Source: an uncultured Candidatus Saccharibacteria bacterium (GTDB lineage: Bacteria; Patescibacteriota; WWE3; UBA101185; UBA10185). Taken from it: a DNA stretch of 54,829 nucleotides. The stretch is taken from contig CAZTQT010000005.1 in assembly GCA_964615625.1 (NCBI GenBank), positions 1-54,829 of the forward strand, given 5' to 3'. The position numbers and the translations under genes were made by a program. This document shows positions 35,853 through 45,591 of the stretch, one piece after another (the first letter of the stretch is position 1; every line of letters begins with the position of its first letter). The notes under the pieces were generated by a model that was not told the DNA's origin, made no database searches, and saw nothing but the letters and a program-made list of their open reading frames with translations.

Positions 35853-38588
35853 CTAATCTCTAGCATACCCTTTAACTTCTAACTCAACCTCGTCAGATCC
35901 TTTATTACCACTTTTATCTGTTGCAACGGCCTTAAAGGTATGTTTTCCTATTTTACCTGGAGACAGAGAAAAAGAGTAACCATAGGGGGCTGTTTCATCT
36001 TCTGATACTTTTTCGCCATCCATATAGAATGTTACTCTTTTTATATCTCTATAGCACGAAACCTCTGCATTTAATCTAAAATCCAAGTTTACTGAATCAC
36101 CATCTTTTAATCCTACTATTTCAGTGTAAACATCATCTTTATTGCTCACGCTACCACCATCAAACTCTAATTTTGATACCATTTCAGGAGGGTAGTACAA
36201 AGAATCGTCCTGATAAGTATCTTTAACCCAAGAATCAACGGAGCTTTGCCATTCTGGCAACTCGGCTTTTATTTTTATAAAACTTTTTTCATCAGACCTG
36301 TCAGCGTCAATACAAGCTTGGTTTGCTATCCTACCATCTGCTTTGCATATTCTTAGCCTTTGGTACCAATCACTTTGAGTGGTAGGTTTAGTATTTTTAA
36401 TGAACCACTCTTTTCTTGTATCAAAATCCCTATACGGCAAACCACCTGTTAATCTATCAATATCTATCTTTTCTACATCATCAGGATTTTCAAATTTTTC
36501 AACAGGTTTATCTTTAAGGTATTCAATCATAAACTCTCTCCATATAGGAGTAGCACCAGAAATACCAGAAGCAACATACGGATTCATAGGCTCATTATTA
36601 CTATTACCAACCCAAACTCCTACCACAACCGATGGGGTATAGCCCACAGCGTAGTTATCTTTTTTATCGTTAGTTGTTCCTGTCTTAACAGCTACTTGTC
36701 TGTTAGGTATGTTTAATAAACTCCCAGCTCCAAAGACCTCTGATCTCGCACCATCATCAGACAATATGTCTGATATTAAAAAGGCAACACCTTTACTTAA
36801 AACTCTTTCTTCTGGTTTAGATGGTTTATAAACAACTCTTCCTTTTTGATCTGTTACTTCTAATATAGGATTAGGAGTTCTATAAATACCTTCTGCACCA
36901 AAAACTGCAAATGCTCCTGTTAATTCTAAAAGTTTAGTTTCCGCACCACCAAGAGTAAGTGCTAAACCATATTTATCTCTTTCTGTAAAAGTGGTGATTC
37001 CCATCTTTTCAGCTAAATCTATCATATTATCTATACCGGCTATTTTTAATGCTTTAACAGCGGTAACATTTATAGAGTTAGCTAAAGATTTCCTTAATGA
37101 AAGTACACCTCTGTAAGTCCCATCATAATTTGTAGGTTCATATGGAACTCCTGGAGCAGCACCCTCAAACTTTGTGGGAACATCTAAAAATGGGTAAGCC
37201 GCTGTATATCCTTGAGACAACATTGTAGCGTATGTAATAGGCTTTATTGCAGACCCCGGCTGCCTTTTTGATAAAGCTACGTTAACATAAGGATCAAACT
37301 TACAACTATTTTCCCCAACGGCTCCAGAGACACATCCTTCTGGGTAAGGATCTAAGTTGTACCCTTTTGAACCGACCATAGCTAATATCTCACCATTCCT
37401 AGGATCAAGAACTACCATGCTTCCATTGTGTATATTCAAACTACCTGAAGAAGCGTCTATTTCTTTTGTAACTATATCCTGAGCCATTTTTTGAGTATCA
37501 AGGTCTAAGGTTGTTTTTACTTTTAACCCTCCCATTTCAACTGCTTCTTCACCTAAAATATCTGTTAGATATTGCTTCACATAGTAGGTAAAATGTGGAG
37601 CCTCCAGTGGTATTTTTGCAGTATCAAAATCTAACACCTCATTTTTTGCTTTTTCATAATCTTCATCACTTAAGTAATGTCTTTTACCATCTTTTTCAAC
37701 CCACCCACGCTCATGCATAAGATATAGAACGTAGTTTTTTCTTTCTATACCTGCCTCAGGATTAGACCCAAACTGTGAGTAGTAAGACGGGCTTTGAGTC
37801 AAACCTGCAAGATAAGCCGACTCAGCTATAGTTAACTCTTTTGGTTCTTTATTAAAGTAAGCCTTAGAAGCACTGTACACACCGTAGTTCATACCTCCAT
37901 AAGGACTTTCATTTAAATACATCTGCAATATTTCATCTTTTGTATATCTGTTTTCAATTTGCAGTGATAAGATAAGTTCTTTTATTTTTCTTACCATGGT
38001 TCTCTCTTGAGTCAAAAGGGTGTTTTTTATGGCCTGTTGGGTGATTGTGGAACCTCCCTGTAAGCCACTTCCAAAAATAGTGTTTCTCACTGCTCTTATT
38101 ATTCCCCTTAAGGAGTATCCTTTGTGAATATAAAACTCAGAGTCTTCTGTTGATAGGGTAGCGTGAGCAACATGTGGAGAAACATCTTCCAATTTAACTA
38201 AAGTACGGTTTTTATCTCCGTATACTTCGTACAATAAGTGGTCATTTCTGTCATAAAACCTAGTTGAAAGCTCAAAACTTCTTTCTAAAAGTTGGTTTGG
38301 ATTTGGCAAATCCCTAGAAAAATAGGCAAATACAAAAATAACTGAAAATAAACCAAAAACCATCAAAATTAAAAGAACAGAAGCTAGTTTTGACATTGTA
38401 TCTAGCTTTCTTTTTCTTTGAATAGAGGTTAAATTTCTATTTCTCTCATCAAAATCAAAAATTCCAAATACCCACTCAAATATGGATTTAATGATTTTTA
38501 CAATTTTATTAAAAAATTTAGATACAACATTCCCACCATCTTTTAAATTTCTTAAGGATTTGTATCTTGATTTACCTGTTCTATACAT
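35853..38588 (-). CDS. Bifunctional transglycosylase/transpeptidase (PBP1A family) with C-terminal Ig-like domain
   Basis: TM helix, EDSEF, GGSTITQQ, RKIKE, QPGSAIKP (SxxK), SIN, KTGT, C-terminal APYGYSF...HTFKAVATD. The start may lie up to 38618. Confidence 0.93.
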   Translation of the reverse strand: MYRTGKSRYKSLRNLKDGGNVVSKFFNKIVKIIKSIFEWVFGIFDFDERNRNLTSIQRKRKLDTMSKLASVLLILMVFGLFSVIFVFAYFSRDLPNPNQLLERSFELSTRFYDRNDHLLYEVYGDKNRTLVKLEDVSPHVAHATLSTEDSEFYIHKGYSLRGIIRAVRNTIFGSGLQGGSTITQQAIKNTLLTQERTMVRKIKELILSLQIENRYTKDEILQMYLNESPYGGMNYGVYSASKAYFNKEPKELTIAESAYLAGLTQSPSYYSQFGSNPEAGIERKNYVLYLMHERGWVEKDGKRHYLSDEDYEKAKNEVLDFDTAKIPLEAPHFTYYVKQYLTDILGEEAVEMGGLKVKTTLDLDTQKMAQDIVTKEIDASSGSLNIHNGSMVVLDPRNGEILAMVGSKGYNLDPYPEGCVSGAVGENSCKFDPYVNVALSKRQPGSAIKPITYATMLSQGYTAAYPFLDVPTKFEGAAPGVPYEPTNYDGTYRGVLSLRKSLANSINVTAVKALKIAGIDNMIDLAEKMGITTFTERDKYGLALTLGGAETKLLELTGAFAVFGAEGIYRTPNPILEVTDQKGRVVYKPSKPEERVLSKGVAFLISDILSDDGARSEVFGAGSLLNIPNRQVAVKTGTTNDKKDNYAVGYTPSVVVGVWVGNSNNEPMNPYVASGISGATPIWREFMIEYLKDKPVEKFENPDDVEKIDIDRLTGGLPYRDFDTRKEWFIKNTKPTTQSDWYQRLRICKADGRIANQACIDADRSDEKSFIKIKAELPEWQSSVDSWVKDTYQDDSLYYPPEMVSKLEFDGGSVSNKDDVYTEIVGLKDGDSVNLDFRLNAEVSCYRDIKRVTFYMDGEKVSEDETAPYGYSFSLSPGKIGKHTFKAVATDKSGNKGSDEVELEVKGYARD

Positions 38589-38635
38589 CAATTTATTATA
38601 ACAAAGTTGTATACTCATTACTGTATCTATAAACC

Positions 38636-38664
38636 TTGATTTAGCAGCAACCTTATAGTATAAT
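38636..38664 (+). promoter_or_regulatory. Sigma70-type promoter for the 38698 ORF
   Basis: TTGATT-17 bp-TATAAT. Confidence 0.65.
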
Positions 38665-38697
38665 TTTCAGCAAATCTTAAAATAAAAAGGAGAAATA

Positions 38698-38964
38698 ATG
38701 GAAAAAAAGTATAACGTGATTGTTAAAGACAGAGGAAACAAATGTAACGGGGTACTGAAATTCAATGAAGCCGAATGGCCACAAGAAACATCGGCCACGC
38801 TTGAAATGGCGTGCCCTATAAGCGGTCCCAACTTGGATCTGGTATCAAAAACAAAGAGGACCGTGAGGAGATGGACGGTACAACTCCTAAGTGGTAAAAA
38901 ATCCCATAACAACCATGGGCACAGTATCTTGATTCTGGATTACCAGAAAACAAAAACTGAATAA
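38698..38964 (+). CDS. Orphan hypothetical protein, 88 aa
   Basis: Own promoter, AGGAG RBS and terminator. Confidence 0.65.
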   Translation: MEKKYNVIVKDRGNKCNGVLKFNEAEWPQETSATLEMACPISGPNLDLVSKTKRTVRRWTVQLLSGKKSHNNHGHSILILDYQKTKTE

Positions 38965-38977
38965 GTAAGGCATCAAC

Positions 38978-39010
38978 AGGCTCCTGAATTTTTATTCTTC
39001 AGGAGCCTTT
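38978..39010 (+). terminator. Intrinsic terminator
   Basis: AGGCTCCTGAA / TTCAGGAGCCT stem plus T-rich tail. Confidence 0.7.
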
Positions 39011-39071
39011 CCTTTTACTACTAAATCTATAATTTATTCAACCTGTTTAAACAAAATGGTATACTCAAAAC

Positions 39072-40283
39072 ATGCCAAAAGTCCTAAAAGATGAAAATTT
39101 AATTGAAAAATTCTTAACCAGAGGAGTTGAAACTATTGTTCCATCAAAAGAAGCTTTAAAAGAAAAACTTATGTCGGGTGAAAGAATAAGAGCATATCAA
39201 GGGTACGATCCATCAGGACCTCATTTACACGTAGGGCATGCAATGGGAATAAGAGCTTTAAGAATACTCCAGCAACTTGGTCATGAAGTAATATTTTTGG
39301 CAGGTGATTTTACAGCTATAGCAGGAGATCCCAGAGCAGACATGACAAGAAAACTAAAAACAGAGGAAGAAATAGAAGAAAACATGCAAAATTGGAAAAA
39401 AGAGGCTTCTCAATTAATAGATTTTGAAGGCGATAATCCTGCAAAATTTATGAGAAATTCAGAATGGCTATCAAAACTCAACCTTAGGGAGATAATAGAT
39501 CTTATGTCTAAGGTTACAGTTCAACAAATGCTAGAAAGAGATCTTTTCCAAAAGAAATTAAAAGAATTAAGTCCGATAGGTTTGCAAGAATTTATATACC
39601 CAATAATGCAAGGGTACGATGCTGTTGCCATGGAGGTTGATCTACAACTTGGCGGGAGTGATCAAATTTTCAACATGTTGGTTGGTAGAAACTTTTCCAA
39701 GACAATGAGAAATAAGGAATTATTTATAAGAGGAAACGAGCTTATGGAAGCGCCAGATGCCGTGACAATGAGTAAAACAAAAGGAAACGGAATAAATTTA
39801 GGAGACTCACCAGAAGATGTTTACGGTAAGGCCATGTCATACCCAGATGAGTTGATTCTTAAAGGTCTGAGACTTTTAACAGATGTTCCTCTTGAAGATA
39901 TTTGGGGAGCTCAAGAGAGAATGAAGGCGGGAGAAAACCCAATGCAATTTAAGAAACTTATGGCTTACGAGATTACAAAAGTTCTAAAGGGTAAGGAAAG
40001 TGCAGATAAGGCTCAAAGATTTTTTGAGGAAACAGTACAAAATAAAAATATAGGAGAAGATGCCACAACAAAAATTAACGTGTCTGGAACTCTACAATTA
40101 ATAGAATTTCTTAAAAAAGTTGATACAGGAGAATCATCTTTAAGTGCAATAAGAAGGGTTATTGAACAGGGCGGTGTAGAGGTAAATGGGAACAAAATAA
40201 CGGATCCGTTCTTAATGGTTAATTTTGAAGAAGGTACGGTAGTAAAGTTTGGAAAAAGAAAATTCTTTGAGGTTACAAAATGA
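39072..40283 (+). CDS. tyrS: Tyrosyl-tRNA synthetase
   Basis: GYDPSG..LHVGH (HIGH), YPIMQGYD, GGSDQ, TMSKT at the KMSKS position, C-terminal S4 domain. Confidence 0.96.
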   Translation: MPKVLKDENLIEKFLTRGVETIVPSKEALKEKLMSGERIRAYQGYDPSGPHLHVGHAMGIRALRILQQLGHEVIFLAGDFTAIAGDPRADMTRKLKTEEEIEENMQNWKKEASQLIDFEGDNPAKFMRNSEWLSKLNLREIIDLMSKVTVQQMLERDLFQKKLKELSPIGLQEFIYPIMQGYDAVAMEVDLQLGGSDQIFNMLVGRNFSKTMRNKELFIRGNELMEAPDAVTMSKTKGNGINLGDSPEDVYGKAMSYPDELILKGLRLLTDVPLEDIWGAQERMKAGENPMQFKKLMAYEITKVLKGKESADKAQRFFEETVQNKNIGEDATTKINVSGTLQLIEFLKKVDTGESSLSAIRRVIEQGGVEVNGNKITDPFLMVNFEEGTVVKFGKRKFFEVTK

Positions 40284-40438
40284 TCAAGAAAGATTTAGAA
40301 AACAAGGATAGTAAAAAACAAATTAAAAAGAAAATCAGGAAAATATTTAAAAAAGATAATATTGTGAAGATTATTCTTGTGTTAGCCACTATCACTTTAA
40401 TACTGTCTTCAATACTTCCTTACCTTCTTTTAGGTTAG
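40280..40438 (+). CDS. 52-aa basic protein with a C-terminal TM helix
   Basis: ATGA overlap with the tyrS stop: MIKKDLENKDSKKQIKKKIRKIFKKDNIVKIILVLATITLILSSILPYLLLG*. Confidence 0.7.
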   Translation: MIKKDLENKDSKKQIKKKIRKIFKKDNIVKIILVLATITLILSSILPYLLLG

Positions 40439-40458
40439 TAAAAGTCTTATAAAAACAA

Positions 40459-40497
40459 AAAGACCGAGATACTTTAATTATAAGTAAATCGGTCTTT
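40459..40497 (-). terminator. Terminator between convergent units
   Basis: AAAGACCGA / TCGGTCTTT stem; T-tract on the minus strand. Confidence 0.6.
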
Positions 40498-40521
40498 AAA
40501 ATTTTAGGAACAATCAAACAA

Positions 40522-40998
40522 TCAACAGGTTTTAAGAATTACCTCTTCTCCCTGGACTAAACCGTCATCCTCAAAAGAAAGACGTGTATATATAAACCTT
40601 GAGAAAACCTCAAATAAACCCGTATCATCAAAAACGGGTAGGTACACCGGCCCGGAGGTGGTAGCAATTCTTTCAGTGTGATAACCACCACAAGGATCTA
40701 TGTAGTGATCTGGTGCCATATTGTTAAATTTTTCAATAGCTTTTTCCAGAAAGTCCTCCGATTTAAATCCACGAACAGTGCCAGTAACATTAACTTCTTC
40801 AAAATATTTTTTGTACCGACCTTTTAGAACAAAGGCCACAAACTGGCTAACCGCAGATCTGCAATCATCCAAGAAGAAATAATGATTACCATCACCTTCT
40901 AAGAAATCATCGGGATCTATTACCTCCTTCCCTATGATTTTGTGGAAAGCACTCAACACACTACTAAGATCTTCCTCACAACACATTAATGCCAACAT
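40522..40998 (-). CDS. Orphan hypothetical protein, 158 aa
   Basis: AGGAG RBS; no recognised domain. Confidence 0.65.
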   Translation of the reverse strand: MLALMCCEEDLSSVLSAFHKIIGKEVIDPDDFLEGDGNHYFFLDDCRSAVSQFVAFVLKGRYKKYFEEVNVTGTVRGFKSEDFLEKAIEKFNNMAPDHYIDPCGGYHTERIATTSGPVYLPVFDDTGLFEVFSRFIYTRLSFEDDGLVQGEEVILKTC

Positions 40999-41043
40999 TT
41001 TTCTCTCCTTTTTCTGGGCATGAAAACGCCCTTTTATTGGTAT

Positions 41044-41235
41044 TTAAATTTTTGTAAAAGTACCTACGTACCTTTTTCCTGATTTTTCATCTTTTTCAGC
41101 AAAATAATCTCTTTCTGAGATGAAAAATATCCTACACCGTGGGTTAGAAGCTTCGGCCATCATTTGAAACAGTTCCTTAAGTAACTGTTTGCGTGTTCCC
41201 ACAATTACCAAAGGTTCTAATTTCTTTTTCTCCAC
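41044..41235 (-). CDS. Orphan hypothetical protein, 63 aa
   Basis: GGAGG 6 nt before the GTG start. Confidence 0.55.
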   Translation of the reverse strand: MEKKKLEPLVIVGTRKQLLKELFQMMAEASNPRCRIFFISERDYFAEKDEKSGKRYVGTFTKI

Positions 41236-41309
41236 AACATACCTCCTTGTGTTTTTGTATATTTTTTTGTAAATGTTCCTGTATTTCCTAAAATTGGTAG
41301 AATAATAAC

Positions 41310-43343
41310 ATGTTTGATGTTAATTTACCAATCTCCGTTGTACCAAAAATAGGACCCAAATACCAAAAACTGCTCGAAAAACTTGAAATATACAAAATAG
41401 AAGATCTTCTTTATCATTTTCCCTTTAGATACAACGATTATTCAAAGGTTAAAAATATAAAAGAACTTTCTGAAAATGATGTCGTTACAGTTAAAGCAAC
41501 TTTAGGCTCTATTAACAATATTTACACTAAAAATAGGAAGAGAATTACTAAAGCTAAAGTTTTAGATCATACAGGAGAACTGGACATAATATGGTTTAAC
41601 CAACACTACATAAAAAATACATTAAATGTTGGGAAAACATACAACATAAGTGGAAAAGTGGGGATATTTGACAGAAAAATATGTTTTATAAGCCCAGAAA
41701 TGGAAGAAACTTCAGATGTTTTTTCAACAGGAACAAAAAATAATGTAAATACAGGTAGATTAGTACCAATTTACCCCGAAACTTTTGGTGTGTCTTCAAA
41801 ATGGTTAAGAGGAAAAATTAAATTTCTTTTAGATTCCGAAACCAACTTAAAAGAGTTCTTACCAAAAGAAATGATAAAAGAAAAAGGATTTGAAGAAATA
41901 AATAAAAGTTTAAACAATATACATTTTCCAGATTCTGTAGAATCAGCCCAAACATACAGAAAACGTTTTGAATTTGAGGAAATGTTTATAGAGCTTTTAA
42001 ATATTGAAAAAAGAAAACATGAATGGTCAAAAAAATCATCTTCTTATAAATTAAAGCCTTTTGATAAAGAAGTTAAAAAATTTATTGAAGAATTACCTTT
42101 TCAACTAACAAACTCTCAAAAAGATGCTTTAAAAGAAATAACAAAAGATATGGGTAGTGATGTTCCAATGAATAGACTATTAGAAGGAGATGTAGGGACT
42201 GGTAAAACTATTGTTGCCATAATATCAGCATATATAGCTTATTTAAATGGAATGAAAGTTCTGTATATGGCTCCAACAGAAATATTAGCAAAACAACACA
42301 AAGAAACTTTTGAAAAAATTTTACAAAATAATGGTGTTAAAACTATTCTTGAAACAGGAAGTAAAAAAGAAAATAAAACAGATGACTGGGATATTTTGAT
42401 AGGGACTCATACCCTTTTATTCACTGAAAAATATAAAAACATAGGTTTGGTAATTATAGACGAGCAACACAGATTCGGAGTAGAGCAGAGAGGTAAAATT
42501 TTAGATTTAGCAAAAGAAAAAAGCACCCCGCATCTTCTCACCATGACGGCAACTCCTATTCCTAGAACTTTGGCTTTAACACTTTATGGAGATTTATCAA
42601 TTTCAATTCTAAAAGATTTTCCATTTAAAGAAAGAGTGGTCACCACTAAGGTAATCCCAGAGAAAAACAGGGAAAGCGCCTACAAATGGATAAAAGATAA
42701 AAATGAACCAACTTTTATAGTCTGTCCACTTATTAACGTTTCAGAAAGTTTAAGTATGGAAAACGTAAAAGCCGCCGAAGAAGAATATGAAATATTAAAA
42801 AACGGTATATTCAAGGATAAAAAGCTGGGACTTTTACACGGAAGGATGAAATCAAAAGAAAAAGAAGAGGTAATTGAAAAATTCAAATCGGGAGAAATAC
42901 AAATACTAGTCTCTACTCCTGTAATAGAGGTAGGGATAGATGTTCCGGAAGCAAGCATAATAGTTATAGAAAGTTCAGAAAGGTACGGACTTGCTAGCTT
43001 ACATCAGTTAAGGGGTAGAGTAGGTAGATCAGAAAAAGAGGGTTTTTGTTTTGCTTTTATGAGCGATAACTCAAGAAACTCTTATAGAAGATTAAAATAT
43101 CTTGAAGAGTTAAACAGTGGGATAGAACTTGCAGAAGTAGATCTTAAAATGAGGGGGCAGGGGGATATTTTTGGTTCAATGCAACACGGGTTTAAAAAAC
43201 TAAAAATAGCTGACATAAATAATATAAAAATGTTAGAAGACGCGAAAGTTCAAGCTCAAAAGTATTACCCAAATTTAAATAAATATCCTATGCTTAAAGA
43301 AAAATTGACGCAAAGGAAGGGTTCGTATATAACATCAAATTAG
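41310..43343 (+). CDS. recG: ATP-dependent DNA helicase RecG
   Basis: Wedge domain, GDVGTGKT, DEQH, MTATPIPRT, QLRGRVGR. Confidence 0.97.
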   Translation: MFDVNLPISVVPKIGPKYQKLLEKLEIYKIEDLLYHFPFRYNDYSKVKNIKELSENDVVTVKATLGSINNIYTKNRKRITKAKVLDHTGELDIIWFNQHYIKNTLNVGKTYNISGKVGIFDRKICFISPEMEETSDVFSTGTKNNVNTGRLVPIYPETFGVSSKWLRGKIKFLLDSETNLKEFLPKEMIKEKGFEEINKSLNNIHFPDSVESAQTYRKRFEFEEMFIELLNIEKRKHEWSKKSSSYKLKPFDKEVKKFIEELPFQLTNSQKDALKEITKDMGSDVPMNRLLEGDVGTGKTIVAIISAYIAYLNGMKVLYMAPTEILAKQHKETFEKILQNNGVKTILETGSKKENKTDDWDILIGTHTLLFTEKYKNIGLVIIDEQHRFGVEQRGKILDLAKEKSTPHLLTMTATPIPRTLALTLYGDLSISILKDFPFKERVVTTKVIPEKNRESAYKWIKDKNEPTFIVCPLINVSESLSMENVKAAEEEYEILKNGIFKDKKLGLLHGRMKSKEKEEVIEKFKSGEIQILVSTPVIEVGIDVPEASIIVIESSERYGLASLHQLRGRVGRSEKEGFCFAFMSDNSRNSYRRLKYLEELNSGIELAEVDLKMRGQGDIFGSMQHGFKKLKIADINNIKMLEDAKVQAQKYYPNLNKYPMLKEKLTQRKGSYITSN

Positions 43344-43344
43344 T

Positions 43345-43911
43345 ATGAAAAAGGAAAAAGATAAAAAACTAGAATTAAGAGTATCTTCTGGGATAGTGAA
43401 AAATAAAAAATTAAAAATACCAGAAATTGATGATTTTAGAGCAGTTCAAGAAGTAGCTAAATCAGCAGTTTTTTCTATTATTGGAGATAAAATAGATGGA
43501 GCAGTGTGTTTAGATATTTTTGCAGGTAGTGGGAACATGGGGATAGAGGCTTTAAGTAGGGGAGCAGAATGGTGTGATTTTGTAGACAATAATTCAATAA
43601 GTGTAGATGTAATAAAAGAAAATATTATTAATTGCGGATTTTTAGAGAAATCAGAAGTTTTTAGAAAAGACAGTGTTAAATATGTTGGTAAAACAGAAAA
43701 AAAGTACGACATCATCTTTGTAGACCCTTTTTATAAAGACACTGCCCAAAAACATTTAATATCTAACATTAAAAATATATTAAGTGAGGGCGGGTTAGTT
43801 GTATTTTTCCACGGAGATAACTTAAATCTTCAAGAAATGGTAAAGGGAACAGATCTATCTATAGTAGACGAAAGAAAGTTTGGAAACAGCTTTTTTACAA
43901 TACTTTCATAA
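43345..43911 (+). CDS. rsmD: 16S rRNA m2G966 methyltransferase (RsmD family)
   Basis: LDIFAGSGNMGIEALSRGA; DIIFVDPFY. Confidence 0.9.
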   Translation: MKKEKDKKLELRVSSGIVKNKKLKIPEIDDFRAVQEVAKSAVFSIIGDKIDGAVCLDIFAGSGNMGIEALSRGAEWCDFVDNNSISVDVIKENIINCGFLEKSEVFRKDSVKYVGKTEKKYDIIFVDPFYKDTAQKHLISNIKNILSEGGLVVFFHGDNLNLQEMVKGTDLSIVDERKFGNSFFTILS

Positions 43912-44012
43912 TTTCAAGCTTTTTACATTTATATCTTATAGTATTTGCTATTACCTTGATTTTATGGTATAAACTAGGAACTCAAAATCAGAGAATAAGA
44001 AAAGGAGAAAAA

Positions 44013-44528
44013 ATGGCAACGCCAAAAATTAAAGTAAAGAAGATAATGTTGGGGGATGATCGTTTGTGGGTTATAAAGGAAAGGTTTTTCAATCCACAAA
44101 AAACAACCCCCTATTACAAAATGGACCCCATGGAGATGGTGGAGCACATAACCGTAGTAATCAGACTATGGTTCGACAAAAACCCATCAACATACAAGTT
44201 GGTGATGGAGATTGAAGAATTCGAAAACTTCGTTGGTAATTATGAAAAACCAATAAACCTGGCCCGAGATATTAGTGGGCTAAAATCAATCCTCCATTGG
44301 AAGACATATGGTGGTACCTCCTTACTAACATGGCTATACAAGCTATCAGAAGGAAGTTACCTGTGCCCAACTGACAAAGATAGAACGGGAGGGGAGACGT
44401 ACTATCAAGTGAGGATGGAAGAGTGGAGACAGGAAAGAGCGGGCTTGAAGAACCGAAGTTATCACTCCTCTCTTGAAAATTTTAACAAAGCGCTTAGTCA
44501 AAAACTTGAAAGCACTGTGTTAATATAA
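44013..44528 (+). CDS. Orphan hypothetical protein
   Basis: Promoter TTGCTA-17-TATAAA (43945-43973), AGGAG RBS before ATG 44013, IR terminator 44534-44570. Confidence 0.65.
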   Translation: MATPKIKVKKIMLGDDRLWVIKERFFNPQKTTPYYKMDPMEMVEHITVVIRLWFDKNPSTYKLVMEIEEFENFVGNYEKPINLARDISGLKSILHWKTYGGTSLLTWLYKLSEGSYLCPTDKDRTGGETYYQVRMEEWRQERAGLKNRSYHSSLENFNKALSQKLESTVLI

Positions 44529-44675
44529 ATAAGAACCGGTTACGAACACTTAGTTCCTAACCGGTTTTTTGTATCTTATTAACAATTGACACGTTTCAAA
44601 ATCATATGTATATTTCACTCCGAGCTAATTACTGATAGAATAAGCTTATAAGAAAATATTTAAGAAAGTAAATAA

Positions 44676-44822
44676 ATGGCAGTACCAAAAAGAAAAACTT
44701 CTAAAGGACGTACTAGAAGGAAAAGAAATATTCATTATAAAAGGCAAGAAATTCAAGTAGTTCCTACAAAGAACAAAAAAGGTTTTAAAAGACCTCATGT
44801 AGAGGAATCTATTGAGATATAA
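44676..44822 (+). CDS. rpmF: 50S ribosomal protein L32 (48 aa, no Zn-binding Cys); missed by the ORF track
   Basis: MAVPKRKTSKGRTRRKR...RPH; heads the nusB-rnc block. Confidence 0.92.
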   Translation: MAVPKRKTSKGRTRRKRNIHYKRQEIQVVPTKNKKGFKRPHVEESIEI

Positions 44823-44826
44823 ATAA

Positions 44827-45294
44827 ATGATATCTGATACAGATCCAAGACATACATCTCGCAAATTGGCACTATCTTCTATATTTTCATGGCTTTTTTC
44901 TGAATCTAGGCCAGAAGAAGATATATCTGTTTCAGCTGAAATACTTGAAGAAGAAGGAATAGAATATGATGATGAGCTTACAAAATTTATAGTTGATGGA
45001 GTTAGAAATCATATAGATGAAATAGATAAGATTATAGAGGAATGTGCACCAGACTGGCCTATTGACAAAATAGCTAAAATTGATTTAGTAATATTAAGAA
45101 TAGCTATATTTGAAGTGTTATTTGGTAAAGTAACACCTGTAAAAGTAGCTATAGACGAAGCTGTAGAAATTGCCAAAGACTTTGGTAATGATACATCTCA
45201 TAAATTTATAAACGGGGTTATGGGAACAGTGGTAGAAAGATATTTACCATCTGAAAAACCCCAAGAAGAAATTTTAGAGGAAGATAAAAAATGA
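44827..45294 (+). CDS. nusB: Transcription antitermination factor NusB
   Basis: SRKLAL, DWPIDKIAKIDLVILR, AIDEAVEIAK, KFINGVMG. Confidence 0.95.
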   Translation: MISDTDPRHTSRKLALSSIFSWLFSESRPEEDISVSAEILEEEGIEYDDELTKFIVDGVRNHIDEIDKIIEECAPDWPIDKIAKIDLVILRIAIFEVLFGKVTPVKVAIDEAVEIAKDFGNDTSHKFINGVMGTVVERYLPSEKPQEEILEEDKK

Positions 45295-45524
45295 GTGATT
45301 ATTTAAATAAAATTAAAAAAATAGTATCTGAAAAAACAGGGATAGAGTTGTCTGAAATAAGCGAAGATTCTTTTATTGGAGATGACCTAAATATAGGAGA
45401 AATGGATTTAATAGAAATGTTGGAGGAAATGGAAGAGGTTTTTCAGGTTAATTTAGTAGAAAAAGCGGATTCTTTTGAGACTATCCAAGACATAATTGAT
45501 GCCTTGGAAGAAAAAATACAGTAA
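45291..45524 (+). CDS. Acyl-carrier-protein-like protein lacking the phosphopantetheine Ser
   Basis: 77 aa, acidic, ACP layout. DDLNIGEMDLIEM occupies the DLGxDSLDxVE position. Confidence 0.75.
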   Translation: MSDYLNKIKKIVSEKTGIELSEISEDSFIGDDLNIGEMDLIEMLEEMEEVFQVNLVEKADSFETIQDIIDALEEKIQ

Positions 45525-45591
45525 ATATTTGGCTGAGAAAAAACCGAAGTGTTCTTCTTTTAAGAATCTTTCGTTTTTTTCCCAGAAAAAC

